Shown: in pieces, positions 13,099-27,124 of the stretch
Position numbering within the stretch: the first letter of the stretch is position 1
How the letters are laid out: each line of letters starts with the position of its first letter
Translations under genes and position numbers: made by a program
The notes under the pieces: generated by a model
The model's input: only the letters and a program-made list of their open reading frames with translations
The model's database searches: none
Told to the model about the DNA's origin: nothing
Assembly: GCF_006345805.1 (NCBI RefSeq)
Contig: NW_021833439.1
Span: forward strand, 18,987 to 82,986
DNA length: 64,000 nucleotides
DNA from: Octopus sinensis
Taxonomy: Eukaryota
Direction of reading: 5' to 3'

Positions 13099-13141
13099 CA
13101 GTCCGATGATGGCTTAGCGGGTCGAAACTTCGAAATCACTG
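13099..13141 (+). ncRNA. Minimal type I hammerhead-like motif (U4C core variant)
   Basis: CAGT-CCGATGA-T-GGC..GTC-GAAA-CTTCGAAA-TC-ACTG: stem I CAGT/ACTG, stem II GGC/GTC, near-palindromic stem III. Confidence 0.4.
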
Positions 13142-13255
13142 TCAACATCATTCGTGTACAAACACACACCCACACACACACACATATATTATATAATATA
13201 TATATATAATATATATATATGTGTGTGGTGTGTGTGTGTGTGTGTGTATGGATAT

Positions 13256-13735
13256 TTACATATATAATATAATAATAAGTAGGGAATATAATTCCAGAAT
13301 TACAGGGAAAAATTCAATTTAACAATTTTAAATTATATTTCACAATATATAATATATGTACATAATATGGAAACAAAAACCTCTATTAACCAATTCGATA
13401 ATGAAAGATGTTATTCACATCATATATAGATAACATATTCTGTAAAAACTTCATTCTAAAATCAATAAAGTACAATAAATAGTAAATAGTAGCAAAAGGA
13501 CTACGCGCGTTTCGTGGCTATATTTTCAAATAGATAATAATAATAAAATCAATTTGATTAAAAATATAGTGTATACTGAGAGTGTTAAGGCGCATGGTCT
13601 AACGGTATATATATATAGGGAGAGTTTGCGAAAAAAGCAAAAGACGAAGACAGGTGGTGTACAAAACAAACATATGTATTAGTACAACGCTCAGGAATAG
13701 AAAAAGTCTTTTACGTTTCGAGCCTATGCTCTTAT
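13256..13735 (-). mobile_element. Penelope-like element end fragments in TA tract (two pieces)
   Basis: Degenerate motif GAAACGCGCGTA on minus strand at ~13498-13515; 13610-13735 is homologous to the 16930-17110 and 37920-38080 family. Confidence 0.5.
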
Positions 13736-14370
13736 ATATATATACACATACGCATATGTATATATGTGTTTGTGTGTTTGTTTGTTTGTGCATCTATATA
13801 ACCAAAAACAAAATGCACCAACCGGGGAATGAAAACTACGTTCTTATGTGCACAAGTTGTACACGCTAACCTTTAGACCATGCACTTTCACATTCAGTAT
13901 ACACTACACAGTGGTTAATATTTTCCTCGGGGAATTTTAAATATCATAGAACACCAGACAAATAAACTCGAGTTTTTCGCTCTTTGAGGAGGTACGAATT
14001 TAACTTTGTTAGAACAGAGTATTCTTGATCATGTTCCGGCTGTAATCCCACCGTAACCAAATTAAAGTACGTTATGTACTGGGTCGATCTTATCACTTAA
14101 CCTTCACCTCTCGGCTGTGCTGGCCTTGCGCTTTATTTAGAAACAATCCTGAGGGTGATGGTAGACAATGAGGGTGATGGTAGACAAATTCGTGAGCCTG
14201 CCGGACAAAATGCGCTGCAGTATATGTTCCGGAAATTTGTCTTCTGATTTCAAATCTCATCAAAATGAACTTGTCATTTTCGGGTGAATTAACTATAATA
14301 TAAGCGAAGGACAACGCCGTCTTGGTTTCAGGTCTACTGATTGGTATTTGGGACTAATATACTTTATTAC

Positions 14371-14674
14371 GGAGGCGCAATGGTCCGGTGGTTAGGGCAG
14401 CGGACTCACAGTCGTAGGGTCGAGGTTTCGATTCCCAGCCGGGCGTTTGTGAGTGTTTATTGAGCGAAAACACCTAAAGCTCCATGAGGCTCCGGCAGGG
14501 AGTGGTGGCGATCCCTCGCTGTACTTTTTCGTCACAACTTTCTCTCACACTTTCTTCTGTTTGCTTGCTCGCTTAGCCAGCGGAGGTGGCGTCATTTGAA
14601 GGCTAAAACAATGCGAAGCGCATTGTGACCAGCGATGTGCAGCAACATCTGATAGCCTGGTCGGTCACGGTGAT
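14371..14674 (+). mobile_element. SINE head family A with a third type of 3' body
   Basis: GGAGGCGCAATGGTCCGGTGGTTAGGGCAGCGGACTC head; body GGCTAAAACAATGCGAAGCGCATTGTGACCAGCGATG also seen inverted at ~27480-27560. Confidence 0.8.
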
Positions 14675-14798
14675 CAGGGTGATAATTTATTACAACTTCG
14701 ACCCAGAGTTTGTGAATGAAATTGAATGGAAAGAAAACGCTGTATCGAAACCTATCGGTCAACTAATTCAATGTCATACCCTCATCTCTATCTCTTTA

Positions 14799-14848
<50 letters not shown>

Positions 14849-14971
14849 ACGCAAGCACACACACACATGCTTATATAGAGGGTAAGAATTACACTGAGGA
14901 TATAGGAATTACACGAAGGATATAGGGAATACACTAAGGCTTTAGATTTGTTACATACACCTAAAGTGGAT

Positions 14972-15320
14972 GTGATTTCATTCTTGCTCACAACATCATA
15001 AGCGGAAAGTGTAACCTCTCGAAAGAGCTGTTCTTCACTCCTGCTCCAGGGCGTCGGCTGTGGGGTCACTCCGAAAAGCTCTATCTGCGACGATTTCATC
15101 TCAATCGAAGGAGAGGGGCTTTCTCCGTCCGGGTGGCGGATCCGTGGAATAAGCTGCCGGACGAGATAGCGTAGATGCCGACGACCGCTCGATTCAAAGT
15201 CTCTCTTGACCAGAAATGGCCTGAACTCTTTGCATGAACACCCTCCCTGTACATAACTCCATGTCCCCTTACATGGCCTTGCTTTTTGCTTTTTGAGCCA
15301 AAAAATTAACTTAACTTAAC
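14972..15320 (+). mobile_element. 5'-truncated CR1-type LINE 3' end with (TTAAC)n tail
   Basis: Clearly homologous to 40466-40955; encodes degenerate ILAHNIISGKCNLSKELFF..., with an in-frame stop; ends AAATTAACTTAACTTAAC. Confidence 0.9.
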
Positions 15321-15699
15321 AAAATCATTGAAATAAGCGAATAATCGAATCCTCATAGTCAATCAACGGAAGATTGCGACCATCATCAGTGTTTAAACAT
15401 AGCAGAGGGTCAACGAAGCTGCAAATGTTTAGTGTCGCCGCTGACACAGTAACCTTTCGCATTATGAATAAGTTCGTTTGTTCAGTCATTTATTTCTGAA
15501 CAAAAGCAAAAGCAAAAAAAAAAAAAAGGAAAAGAAAACAGAAGGAAACAAAAACAAAACAAAACGTAGTTGTATATATTCCCACGTTCTCATACAAAAT
15601 GAAGATATATTAAAGCATTCCACTGCTTGGCTTAATGAAATTATATCCATCAACTTTCTACAAGTTAACTCTCAAGCCTATTGCTATGATAATCAACTC

Positions 15700-16280
<581 letters not shown>

Positions 16281-16929
16281 GCAGAAGAATTGTTTACAAT
16301 ACACAATATGAACGTTCCACTTAACTAAGCACAACCCAGAGCGGATGTGATACTAATTAGTGCATAATGACGGTAATGAGTTTCTGGTGTCTCAGTGACA
16401 TCATGAAACTTGCTGTCAGTATTGTTTTTACTTTTGTTGTTGTCGTTATTATTGTTGATGCTGCTGCTGCTGCTGCTGCTGTTGTTGTTCTATTTGTATT
16501 GCTGTAAAAATGAAACATACGGCAAATTTATGTCACACTCATATACCACACACACACACACACATGCACACACAAACAAACAAACAAACAAACAGACACA
16601 CGCACATAGGTGTGTACAATCTGATCTGAGAAAACGTTTCCCGCTGCGGAAATAACCTCATTTGACTATGAATGACTTCATTGTAACGTGGGGTTCATGC
16701 GTTGCATTTTTTGCGGTGTTACGCTTTATCCTCTACAGACAAGGGATCACTCATTTATAAACCTTTAAGAGTTGCCCTTCTTATAAAAGATTTTAAAAAC
16801 TACAGTTAGTAGAGTATTTACTGATGAGCTAAAAGCGCGGTTAAGTTAGTAATTATTAACATATATATGGCATTAACATATATATCTATATATATAGTAT
16901 ATATATATATATATATATATTTAGTGAGA

Positions 16930-17110
16930 ATTTACAACAAAAAAACCCCAAAAAAACAAAAGACGAAGACGGATGTATGAACAACACACAGATGTATATT
17001 TTAGCGCTCGGGAAGTGAGAAAGTCTTTTACGTTTCGATCCTATGCTCTTCGACAGAAAGGAACACAGAAATGAACAGGGAGAGAAAATAGAAAAAGGAT
17101 TAGTGGCTAG
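16930..17110 (-). mobile_element. Short TA-embedded element carrying a hammerhead-like motif (CUGUCGA variant)
   Basis: Minus strand TTT-CTGTCGA-A-GAGCATAGGATC-GAAAC-GTA-AAAG at 17024-17061; homologous to 37920-38080. Confidence 0.6.
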
Positions 17111-17143
17111 GGATTTATCTTGGCGAATACATATATATATGCG

Positions 17144-17184
<41 letters not shown>

Positions 17185-17464
17185 TGTGTTGTTATCAGCC
17201 GCAATGTATGAAAGTAATGTTAACCGGTTTCAGAAGCCTACCATTTTTTTCTATGAGGTTGGATTATAAAACTCCGTTGATCGCCTTTCTTAATTTTAAG
17301 TTGCTAATTCTGCAATGGCGATCTATTACATAGTCATTCACATTGGTTTATTACAATATCAGTTGCCGATTCAGAGAGAGATAGAGAAGGATAGAGAGAT
17401 ATATATTTAGGCAGACAATTAGAAAGACACACATGATAGTTTTCAGTATTAACTTGTATATTGT

Positions 17465-17612
17465 AAGGCGGTGAGCTGGCAGAAACGTTAGCACGCCGGG
17501 CGAAATGCTCAGCGGTATTTCGTCCACCGTTACGCTCTGAGTTAAAATTCCACCAAGGTCGACTTTGCCTTTCATCCCTTTCGGAGTCGATAAAATCAGT
17601 ACCAGTGGAACA
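17465..17612 (+). mobile_element. SINE family D
   Basis: AAGGCGGTGAGCTGGCAGAAACGTTAGC head plus core. Confidence 0.85.
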
Positions 17613-18071
17613 CTGTTATATTATATATTTCAGCCATTCATACGGTATAGTTGATTGCAAATAAGCTTGGATTATTACGATTCCACCGTTTTTTGGTCGT
17701 TGTCCGCTTCACATAGGACCAAACAGAGACAAAAGGTTAACGATATCCCTACCGCCAGCACTGCTACCACCACCACCACAACAACAACAACAGCAAAAAC
17801 AACAACAAAAACAACAACAACAAAAAGAACAACGCTAGTACCAACATTGCCACCATTACAGGCAACAAATAACCATAAATATTTTATTTGAAAAGTTGAC
17901 GTATAAATCTTTAAATATTGATATTGTTTCAGCTTCATAGCTGCGGACAGGCTGGAGCACCACCGTTGGGTATATCGAAGGCTGACCTAAATCATCATGG
18001 ATTTCTTTACTGAAAAATTTGTCATAATATTTGCTTCATTGTTTTTCATTCTATTTCACTGTATGTGTCTG

Positions 18072-18176
<105 letters not shown>

Positions 18177-18182
18177 ATATCG

Positions 18183-18229
<47 letters not shown>

Positions 18230-18624
18230 ATCTCATACAATTTCCTTTCTGGCTCTCCTTTCATAATTATACAGACACGCACATTCACACGCATACGAAC
18301 ACGTACGAAGGCACACATACACAGATACGCACATCCCTGCACACTTACTTATAATTGTGCTTTCGTAAATTAGAATATTCCTTAATATCTGTTTCCTCTC
18401 ATCAAATACGCGATAATTTATGTGTGTGTCAGGCGTACTCTTCAATCTCAGAAATAATATACATACACGTGAGCACATACCGTATATATATATCTATATA
18501 TCTATATATATATATATATATATATATAGGGAGAGAGAGATATACATAGATATAGATATGTATACACACACACATACACACACATATATATATAGGGAGA
18601 GAGAGAGATACATAGATAGATATG

Positions 18625-18670
<46 letters not shown>

Positions 18671-18671
18671 C

Positions 18672-18698
<27 letters not shown>

Positions 18699-18708
<10 letters not shown>

Positions 18709-19503
18709 AATAATTACTTTGCCACATACTGAACTCATTAGAAATAGTAGCTAAAAAACTTTTTTTAAACTATTTCTAATACTTAAAGAAAATCTCTCTC
18801 ATATAGTGTTTGCTCAATTCAACTCACGAAAGTATGGGGGTAAAGACATTAATAAATCAAATGCAAAGGTTATTTGAGAACGTACTTTTCTAGATTAGTC
18901 AACTCGACATTTCTTTCGCCAGCTCAGAACTCCTTGGTTTGGATTTGAAAACACTGAAAGTGGGAGCATACCCTTTCGGCTTCTTATCGCTTCTGAAGAT
19001 CTGCTCGAACTATCAGTGCCAGCAAACTCAAAATATGCAAGCGAAGAATTTCTGCTCTCCCCTTTCCACCAGCGTGGGTTAAAATCAGTAAACACTATGC
19101 TTTTTCGGTAAAATCCGAAGCATTAAATAGAGAGAGATGAATTATAATTTCAATCCAAACCAAGGAGTTCTGAGCTGACGAAAGAAATGTCGAGTTGACT
19201 AATCTAGAAACGTACGTTCTCAAATAACCTTTGCATTTGATTTTTTAATGTCTTTACCCCCATACTTTCGTGAGTTGAATTGAGCAAACACTATATGAGA
19301 GAGATTTTCTTTAAGTATTAGAAATAGTTTTAAAAAAGTTTTTTTAGCTACTATTTCTAATGAGTTCAGTATGTGGCAAAGTAATTTATTTACTAAGCCC
19401 TTTTATATAATGTAATAATTTGAATTCGCCTTAATGGTCCCTTTGCATACTGAATACTTGGTGAAATTGATTAATAATTAATTAATTTTACCCTCAATTG
19501 TTG

Positions 19504-19507
<4 letters not shown>
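18699..19507. mobile_element. ~240-bp inverted repeat (18712-18950 / 19148-19388) plus one-sided extension, between (TA)n tracts; Penelope-like inverted pLTR candidate
   Basis: Arms are near-perfect reverse complements; each arm carries a hammerhead-like motif. Confidence 0.85.
19171..19222 (+). ncRNA. Type I hammerhead-like motif with canonical CUGACGA and GAAAC core
   Basis: TGAG-CTGACGA-[AAGAAATGTCGAGTTGACTAATCTA]-GAAAC-GTAC-GTT-CTCA: stem I TGAG/CTCA, palindromic stem III ACGTACGT; lacks the usual G10.1-C11.1 pair. Confidence 0.5.
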
Positions 19508-19553
<46 letters not shown>

Positions 19554-20194
19554 ATATACATACTATATATATATATATATAATATATATATATATATAAT
19601 ATCTATATGAATATATATATATATACACATGCACACACAACACACCACACATACACCACACCCCATACAAATATCCCATACGGGTACAGACATTATCTTA
19701 ACTTCGTATTGTGTAAGTTAACTAAAGAAATACACAATTCCTTTCGTATCTCATGTGATATATATTCATACCATTTACTTCTTCAGTCACACACGCAAAT
19801 TCACACCCACCCACACACGCGCGCGCACTCAACAGATTCGTCTTTCGAAGCACAATTAAATGCCAGTTGTTTTACGTATTCGGTCTTTTCGTCAGTGAAG
19901 CATTAGCTCTCGCCACTCTTAGACTTGTTTATTACCAGGTCAATTGTTGAATCAGCACGTCCAGGTTTCGGTCACTGCATTTCGGCCATGCTGGGGCACT
20001 TTCTTCAAAGGTTTAGTCAAATAAATCGACTCCAGAACATATGAATTAAAGTCTGATACTTCTTCTATCAGTTCCCTTTTGCCGAAGCGTTAGGTTACGG
20101 CGACATAAATGCAGTGACATAAATGCGCCAACACTTGTCAAGTTGTGAAGGAGGACACACATGAGGACACACACACACATAGCTACCTATATAT

Positions 20195-20353
20195 GTATAT
20201 AAATAAAAGAGGCAGGCAACAGGTTGCTTAGCCACGTACCGAAAAAATTAGAAATAGCAGTCAAAGACTGTTTATTTCTATTTCTTTGACTGTTATTCTA
20301 ATTTTTTCGTATGTGGCTAAGCAACCTGTCGCCTGCCTCTTTTATTTATATAC
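20195..20353. repeat. ~73-bp-arm palindrome (15-nt spacer) sharing a terminal motif with the 18.7-kb foldback
   Basis: GTATATAAATAAAAGAGGCAGG...CAGTCAAAGA / TCTTTGACTG...CCTGCCTCTTTTATTTATATAC. Confidence 0.9.
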
Positions 20354-20491
20354 AATATATAATATTGAACTTTTATAGAAGTTCCTACCGTTAATGGTTA
20401 TATTTACATGCCAAAATCTACCAGGAAATAATTGTTGGTTTTTTAAAAACCATTAAAGCTATTATTTACTCTTATTATATATATATATATA

Positions 20492-20610
20492 TTTTATAGA
20501 AGGAGCTTCTACAGGACTAGAACTGTTTCATTCAAAGAAATCATCAGGAAGCTCCTGATGATTCCTTTTGAATGAAACAGTCTAGTCCTGTAGAAGCTCC
20601 TTCTATAAAA
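20492..20610. repeat. Near-perfect ~119-bp hairpin containing a CTGATGA...GAAAC core on both strands
   Basis: TTTTATAGAAGGAGCTTCTACAGGACTAG...TCAGGA-AGC-TCCTGA...CTAGTCCTGTAGAAGCTCCTTCTATAAAA. Confidence 0.9.
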
Positions 20611-20703
20611 TAAATTAATTTACTCTGCTATGTATTGAGTACCTTATTTACTGTGGTTAACCCCGACTCAACCCGGGACCTACATATATATATATATATA
20701 TAT

Positions 20704-20743
<40 letters not shown>

Positions 20744-20849
20744 TATGTATATATTATGTATGTATCTGTGTGTGTGTATGTATGTATGTATGTATGTATG
20801 TATGTATGTAGCTCTATCTCTCTCTATCTGTCTTTTATTCTTTTATTCT

Positions 20850-21160
20850 TTTTTCAGTTACTTGACTGCAGCCATGCTGGAGCAGCACCTTTTGTCAAAC
20901 AAACCGACCCCAGGACTTATTCTTTGTAAGCCCTGTACTTATTCTATTGGTCTCTTTTGCCCTTAGTTACGGTGCACACATACACAAAGATACGCACATA
21001 TATATTAATATATATATACGACGGGCTTCTTTTACTCACAAGGCTTTGGCCAGCTCGAGGCTATAGTCAAAGACACTTGCCTAAGCTGTCACGCAGTGGG
21101 ACTGAACCCGGAACCATGTGGTTAGGAAGCAACTTTCTTACCACGCAGCCACGCTCCGCC
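20850..21160 (-). mobile_element. Composite family C SINE (internally deleted)
   Basis: Tail GACTGCAGCCATGCTGGAGCA; head GGGACTGAACCCGGAACCATGTGG. Confidence 0.8.
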
Positions 21161-21202
21161 TATATATATATATATATATATATATGCATACATACATACA
21201 TT

Positions 21203-21288
<86 letters not shown>

Positions 21289-22139
21289 ATACATACATAC
21301 ATATACATACATACCATTATATATAGACACACACATATGGGACTGCCTTTTTTCCAGTTTCCGACTAGCAAATGTACAAGGCCCGGGGCTCTAGTAGATA
21401 TCACTTGCTCAATGTGCTGTGCAGTGAGACCGAACCTGGAAGTATATGGCCGGGAAGCGAACTTCTTACCACACAACCAACCACGCCAGAACCTCCATAT
21501 ACATAATAGATACACACTGTAACAGCCTCAGAAGTTTCTTTTGACCGGGTCACTATATTTTCGCAACACACTATATGTAATTGCAAGATCCCAAAAACCA
21601 TCTATCACGGAACCCAAAGTCTGAACTGAATACAACAAAGGGTCTTCGTGAGAAGAATGTTTATTACGGCAAAAGGATAGTAAATTACTGGTGGTTTCAC
21701 TTTCATTAATTAGTCAAACATTTATTGGGCGTAGTAGGATGTCGAGAGAAATTATACGACCCCAAAAACTCAAGCTTTTGTTTTTATAAATTAACCTGTT
21801 TTTTTTTATGTTTGTTGTTAGTCCGATTAAAGTACCTTTTTTTATCTTTTACTGTGTTTCAGTGAATGAGTTACGGCCAAGCTGGGGCAGCCTTTGAAGG
21901 GTTTAATTGAAGAGATCGACAACTTCACGTATATTTTACATCTGCTGTCGATCTCAGAAGCGCTAGTATGTGTGGACGTACACAAACCAAATCCGACATG
22001 TGCTCGTCCCCCACACAGTGATGGGGGCCAAAAGCACGCACACACACACAAACACCCTCATACACGCGCGCGTATGCAAGCGCACACACTTATATTCACA
22101 TATATACTCATACGCACACATACATACATATGATGCCTT

Positions 22140-22221
22140 CGATGTCTTCGACTATAGCCTCGGGCCGACCAAACAATTGAGAGTGGATTTGGCAAACAGA
22201 AATAGGAAGAAGCCTGTTGTA

Positions 22222-22302
<81 letters not shown>

Positions 22303-22570
22303 GTGTGTTTGCGTATGCATGCGTATATGTGCCTATGTGTGTGTCTGTGTGTGTGTGAGATTGGCTCTGTATTTGTCCACTATCACCGCTTAACAATCGA
22401 TATGGTGTATTTACGTTCCCGTCACTTAGCGGTTCGGCAGCAAAGAGCCCAATAGCATAAGTACCAGTAGTTAAAAGACTTAAGTATTTGGCTCGATTCG
22501 TTCGACTAAAATTCTTCAAATAGGTGCCCCAGCATGGCCAAAATCTGATGACGGAGGCAAGTAAAAAATA
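22140..22570 (+). mobile_element. Family C SINE, 5'-truncated, with internal (TCTA)/(TG) tract
   Basis: CTATAGCCTCGGGCCGACCAAA ... CGTCACTTAGCGGTTCGGCAG ... CCAGCATGGCC. Confidence 0.7.
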
Positions 22571-23245
22571 AACTCTCTATATATAGTGTGCGTGTATGTG
22601 TATGTAGGGGGGTAATTACTTATGCGGATGTTAGCAATCTTCATTTTGTCTGCGAATGCTGACTCACTCGGTATTGTTGACCCGAAGGCATCCTGAAGAT
22701 GGCTCAAATTAAGTTTCATACAAATGGTCTAAAAATAACATTTTGCGAGGAGATTTTGTTTTTAAATACTCGTCCAATTTTCATAATTACAGTAAATGAA
22801 TTATTTATTTAACCTGTATTTCCTTACAATGCTGGTGAGATTCCGATAATTCGGTATGTATTTTTAGTTTTTCTGTGGAGCTAAAAGGAAAATTTATTTG
22901 AAATATTTATATTGTAGGCACGCATACATACATGCATGCATGCGTGCATGCATACATACAAACATACATACATAAATACATACATACATACATAAATACA
23001 TACCTACAGACATACATTCATACATACATACATACATACAAGCATGTATGCATACATACATGCACACTTACATACTGAACATACATGCATACATACATAT
23101 ATATATATACATATATGCACATACATCCTGAACATACAGGCATGCATACATACATACAAGAATGTATGCATACATTCTTACACATACATACTTACATACA
23201 TACATACTAAACATACATTCATACACATACATATATTACTACTAC

Positions 23246-23623
23246 GGTACTCCGTCGGTTACAACGACGAGGGTACCAGTTGATCCGATCAACAGAACAG
23301 CCTGCTCGTGAAATTAACGTGCAAGTGGGTGAGCACTCCACAGACACCTGTACCCTTAACGTAGTTCTTGGGGAGATTCATCGTGGCACAGAGTGTGACA
23401 AGGTTGGCCTTTTGAAAAACAGGTACAGCAGAAACACATAGAAAGAGTGAAAGAAAGTTGGAACGAAAGAGTACAGCAGGGTTTGCCACCACCTCCTGCC
23501 AGAGCCTCGCGGAGCTTTAGGTGTTTTCGCTCAATAACCACTCACAATGCCCGGTCTAGGTATCGAAATCGCGGTCCTTTGACCGCGATTACGTTGTCCT
23601 AACCACTCGGGCATTGCCCCTCC
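23246..23623 (-). mobile_element. SINE head family A fused to body type Z
   Basis: Head GCTTTAGGTGTTTTCGCTCAATAA; body CCCTTAACGTAGTTCTTGGGGAGATTCA is also found behind family B heads at 47.4, 52.3 and 57.5 kb. Confidence 0.8.
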
Positions 23624-24019
23624 ACACATACATATATACATACATACATACATACATACATAATACATGCAAAACATACATGCATTCATCCATCCATTAC
23701 ACATACATACATGTGTTTGTATGTATGTGTGTGTGTGTGTTTGTGTATGTGTATATGCGCTGAAATACAGATAGTCAGAATAGAGAGAGAGGTGAGAGGG
23801 AGATGGAGTGAATGAAGAAGGGACATAGTGAGAGGGGGAAGGAGTGAATGAAGAAGGGACAGAGAGAGAGGGAGAGGGAGAGTAAGTTTTGAAAGAGGAA
23901 AGCGAAAGTATAAATTTTAAAAGTGTATTAGCTTTTAAAAAGACTGACTGACAGACAGACAGACAATTAGACAGACAGATATATATATCTTATGTATATA
24001 TATATAATATAATATATAT

Positions 24020-24087
<68 letters not shown>

Positions 24088-25189
24088 TAGATAGATAGAT
24101 AGATAGTAGATAGATAGATAGAGATAATTCGATAAAGAGATAGATAAAGAAAGAGAGAGAGAGAGTGAGAGAGAGTTTGAAAGAGAAAAGCAAAAGATTC
24201 TAAGAGTATAAATTTTGAATATATATTTAGCTTTTACATACAACGTAGAGGTGAATGCATGGTTTTTAGCTTAAAGCGTTACAATGGGATGGTATACCAT
24301 TGTCTTTAACATGGCTGTTAGTCAGTATTTCTTGAATTGATCGAACTTTTGTCGTAATGTATTAACGATGTAAATGGGTTGAAGTCGGTGCAAAGAACTG
24401 GGTCAAGCACCGAGAAGTCAACTTAGACAACGTCGCCGTGTAACAAGAATAGTTTTAACAATAAAACAAATGCTGAAAAATACGATTATGTTATGCTGTA
24501 ATGATATAAGGATGTAATGTTTCCATGCTTGATTAATGCTGTAGGTGGCTGTTAAACGTTGACGCTGTTTTGAAGATTAATGGCGAGGAAAAAGGCGATG
24601 ACATTCGCGGGGAAATTGTACGTGAATGAAATATGTTTAGTTGGTCTTTTCTGAAAGACTTTCAGCCCGGAAAGATAATGTATGATTTCCTGGTGTGGCA
24701 GTGTTCTCGTGTAGGATGTGGATTGTTTGCTAAGTTAATGACAAGCCCTCGTCAACCTTTGCAAATTTTATTTTAAAAAGGAAAGTGAAAATAGAGAGGG
24801 AGTTGCTGCTTTCCAGTAAATTTATCGAAAGGTGTATGAAAATGGCAGGCATGATCGAGGTGGACTGTTTTGCTGTGAGCACGTGCCGGTAGATTGGTAG
24901 ATTGGGTTAGGGCAACTAAAGAAGAAACTAGCCTTGGTGGTCAGGGTAACAATGACTGTGTGGAATTTCCACTAGTTGATCTTTGAAGTCTCCCTACCTT
25001 TGACGAATTACTCTTTGATAGAATTAATTGCTTTCTGTTTTTGTTACATTTCGTTTCAGTCGTCTTCTAGTGCCATTTTGTATCGTCCTGTACTGTCCTT
25101 CATATAGTTGTCAGTACTTAATAATTAACAACGAAATCATTACAATTATTATTATCAATGCTGTTAATGTGGTTATTATTATTATTATT

Positions 25190-25749
25190 GAGTGACAGAA
25201 CAGTTCATGCCATCAAGGTGACACTGGGGTAAAATATACAAAGCCCAGTATACCCATCATGACTATCCGTCTGATAAAGGTACACTAGGCACATGCATCA
25301 CAACCATATGTGTGCGACATGTTGATCTCATATCAAGACAAACAGTACATGACCTTGCAGGTTGTGCCCAGTTACAATTTTGTTCTGGTTGTGTAACCCA
25401 TCCCGCTCAAAAGGGCACTGAATAAGGACTGTTTAAGGACGTTGAACGAAACACCCATGTTTCCAGAGGTGAATTATTCAAACCCCAAAGAATCCCTCTC
25501 AACACATGGCTATGATGCTCCCCCACTATTTCTGCTCGTGATTAGAGATGCACATATCGTCAGCCAATAAGGGACATGCTCAACTGGTTAAGGTCAAACA
25601 ACTGACAAGCAAATCTGTGGTATTGAGCAGAATATTTGCTGTAGCCCATCTTTTATACCAAGACAAAACAATGTACATGATAACACTTCCAGTCAGTTAA
25701 GATCAGAAGCCACGAGAGCCACTGCCTGGTACTGTATCAGGGTAATATC
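25190..25749. mobile_element. ~560-bp complex-sequence insertion bounded on both sides by (ATT)n; candidate TAA-targeting retroelement derivative
   Basis: Sharp transitions ATTATTATTG|AGTGACAG and ATCAGGGT|AATATCATTATT; (ATT)n continues to ~25930; family not determinable by eye. Confidence 0.5.
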
Positions 25750-25750
25750 A

Positions 25751-25781
<31 letters not shown>

Positions 25782-25802
25782 TATTATTATTATTATTATT
25801 AC

Positions 25803-25843
<41 letters not shown>

Positions 25844-26923
25844 TATTATTATTATTACTATTATTATTATTATTATTATTATTACTATTATTATTATTAT
25901 TATTATTATTATTAGAATTAGTATTACTATTCAAAATATGGGGGGTGGTATTTGTAAAATGTCATTTGGTGCAACGATGCACTGAGCTGGAAATTTAAAA
26001 AGCTAGTGAACCCTATATTTAGGAGAATGAAATAGCAAAAGCGAAAGATATAGATGGCGTTGATAACGAAGTCGAATGCCATGCATGATAGAATGGTAAT
26101 TAATTTCCCAGTTGGTAGAACTTGCGTCCCATTTGTAGGTTCTTCCATGTTCTCAAATCGTACGTTCGTAACTTGATTGGGGAAAGATCCTATCACCGCA
26201 GTCTCGTGGAGTTAATAATCTTGACAAGCCATTAATGAAAACTTCTGATATGATACCAAGATTAAATAAATTAATATTGCCTGTTTTTTTTTTGTTGTGT
26301 GTGTGTGTAATAGTATTTAAATTTGTTTATGATAGGATAGGCTAATATGGCAGAATAATTAAAGAAGGACAGGAAAACAACAACAGAAAATTAGGAGGAT
26401 AGACACAGAAGACGACAGAGGGCGAAGAGGGAGATGGAGGAGAGAAAAAAAACACATAGTCTCGTGATATTGATGTTAATAACAATTTTTATGGCGGAAT
26501 GATGGCACATAACAAAGCTAGACACGCTGGGAGACAGTACAGAGAGAGAGGAAAGGACAAACTGAGGAAAGGAGAGAGGGGGAAAAGAGTGGAAGGAAAG
26601 GAGAAAAAGAGAGTGGAAGATACAGTGTTAATGATATTATATAGAGTTTATGGCTGAGTGGGTGAGTGATGACGCAAAGCTTGAAACTAAAAGGAGGAAA
26701 GAAATAGGCTACGATAATTATCGGTTTCCCGTTTATGTTAGAAATTATCAGGAATTTCGAAATTGTTTTAACTGGAACTTGAAATCAGTCAGAGGAATGA
26801 GTCTGGTAGCTTTCTACTACACGATCTCAAATATTGGAAATTTCATTTCTTGCTTTGTGGATGAAAGATCTAACAAGGTAAATTATACATGCATACACAC
26901 ACACACGCACACACACACACACA

Positions 26924-26965
<42 letters not shown>

Positions 26966-26981
26966 GTATATATTTATATAT

Positions 26982-27018
<37 letters not shown>

Positions 27019-27124
27019 CAGACAGATAGGTACACATACATTCGTACACACACATATATGTATGTATATATGTATATATACATATATATATATGTATGTT
27101 TGTGTGTATATACGTATGTGTGCC

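Noticed and set aside
24240-25130. SINE-free complex sequence that might be an old LINE or exon
   Set aside because: Frames I translated are interrupted and I recognised no motif; needs a BLASTX/HMM search
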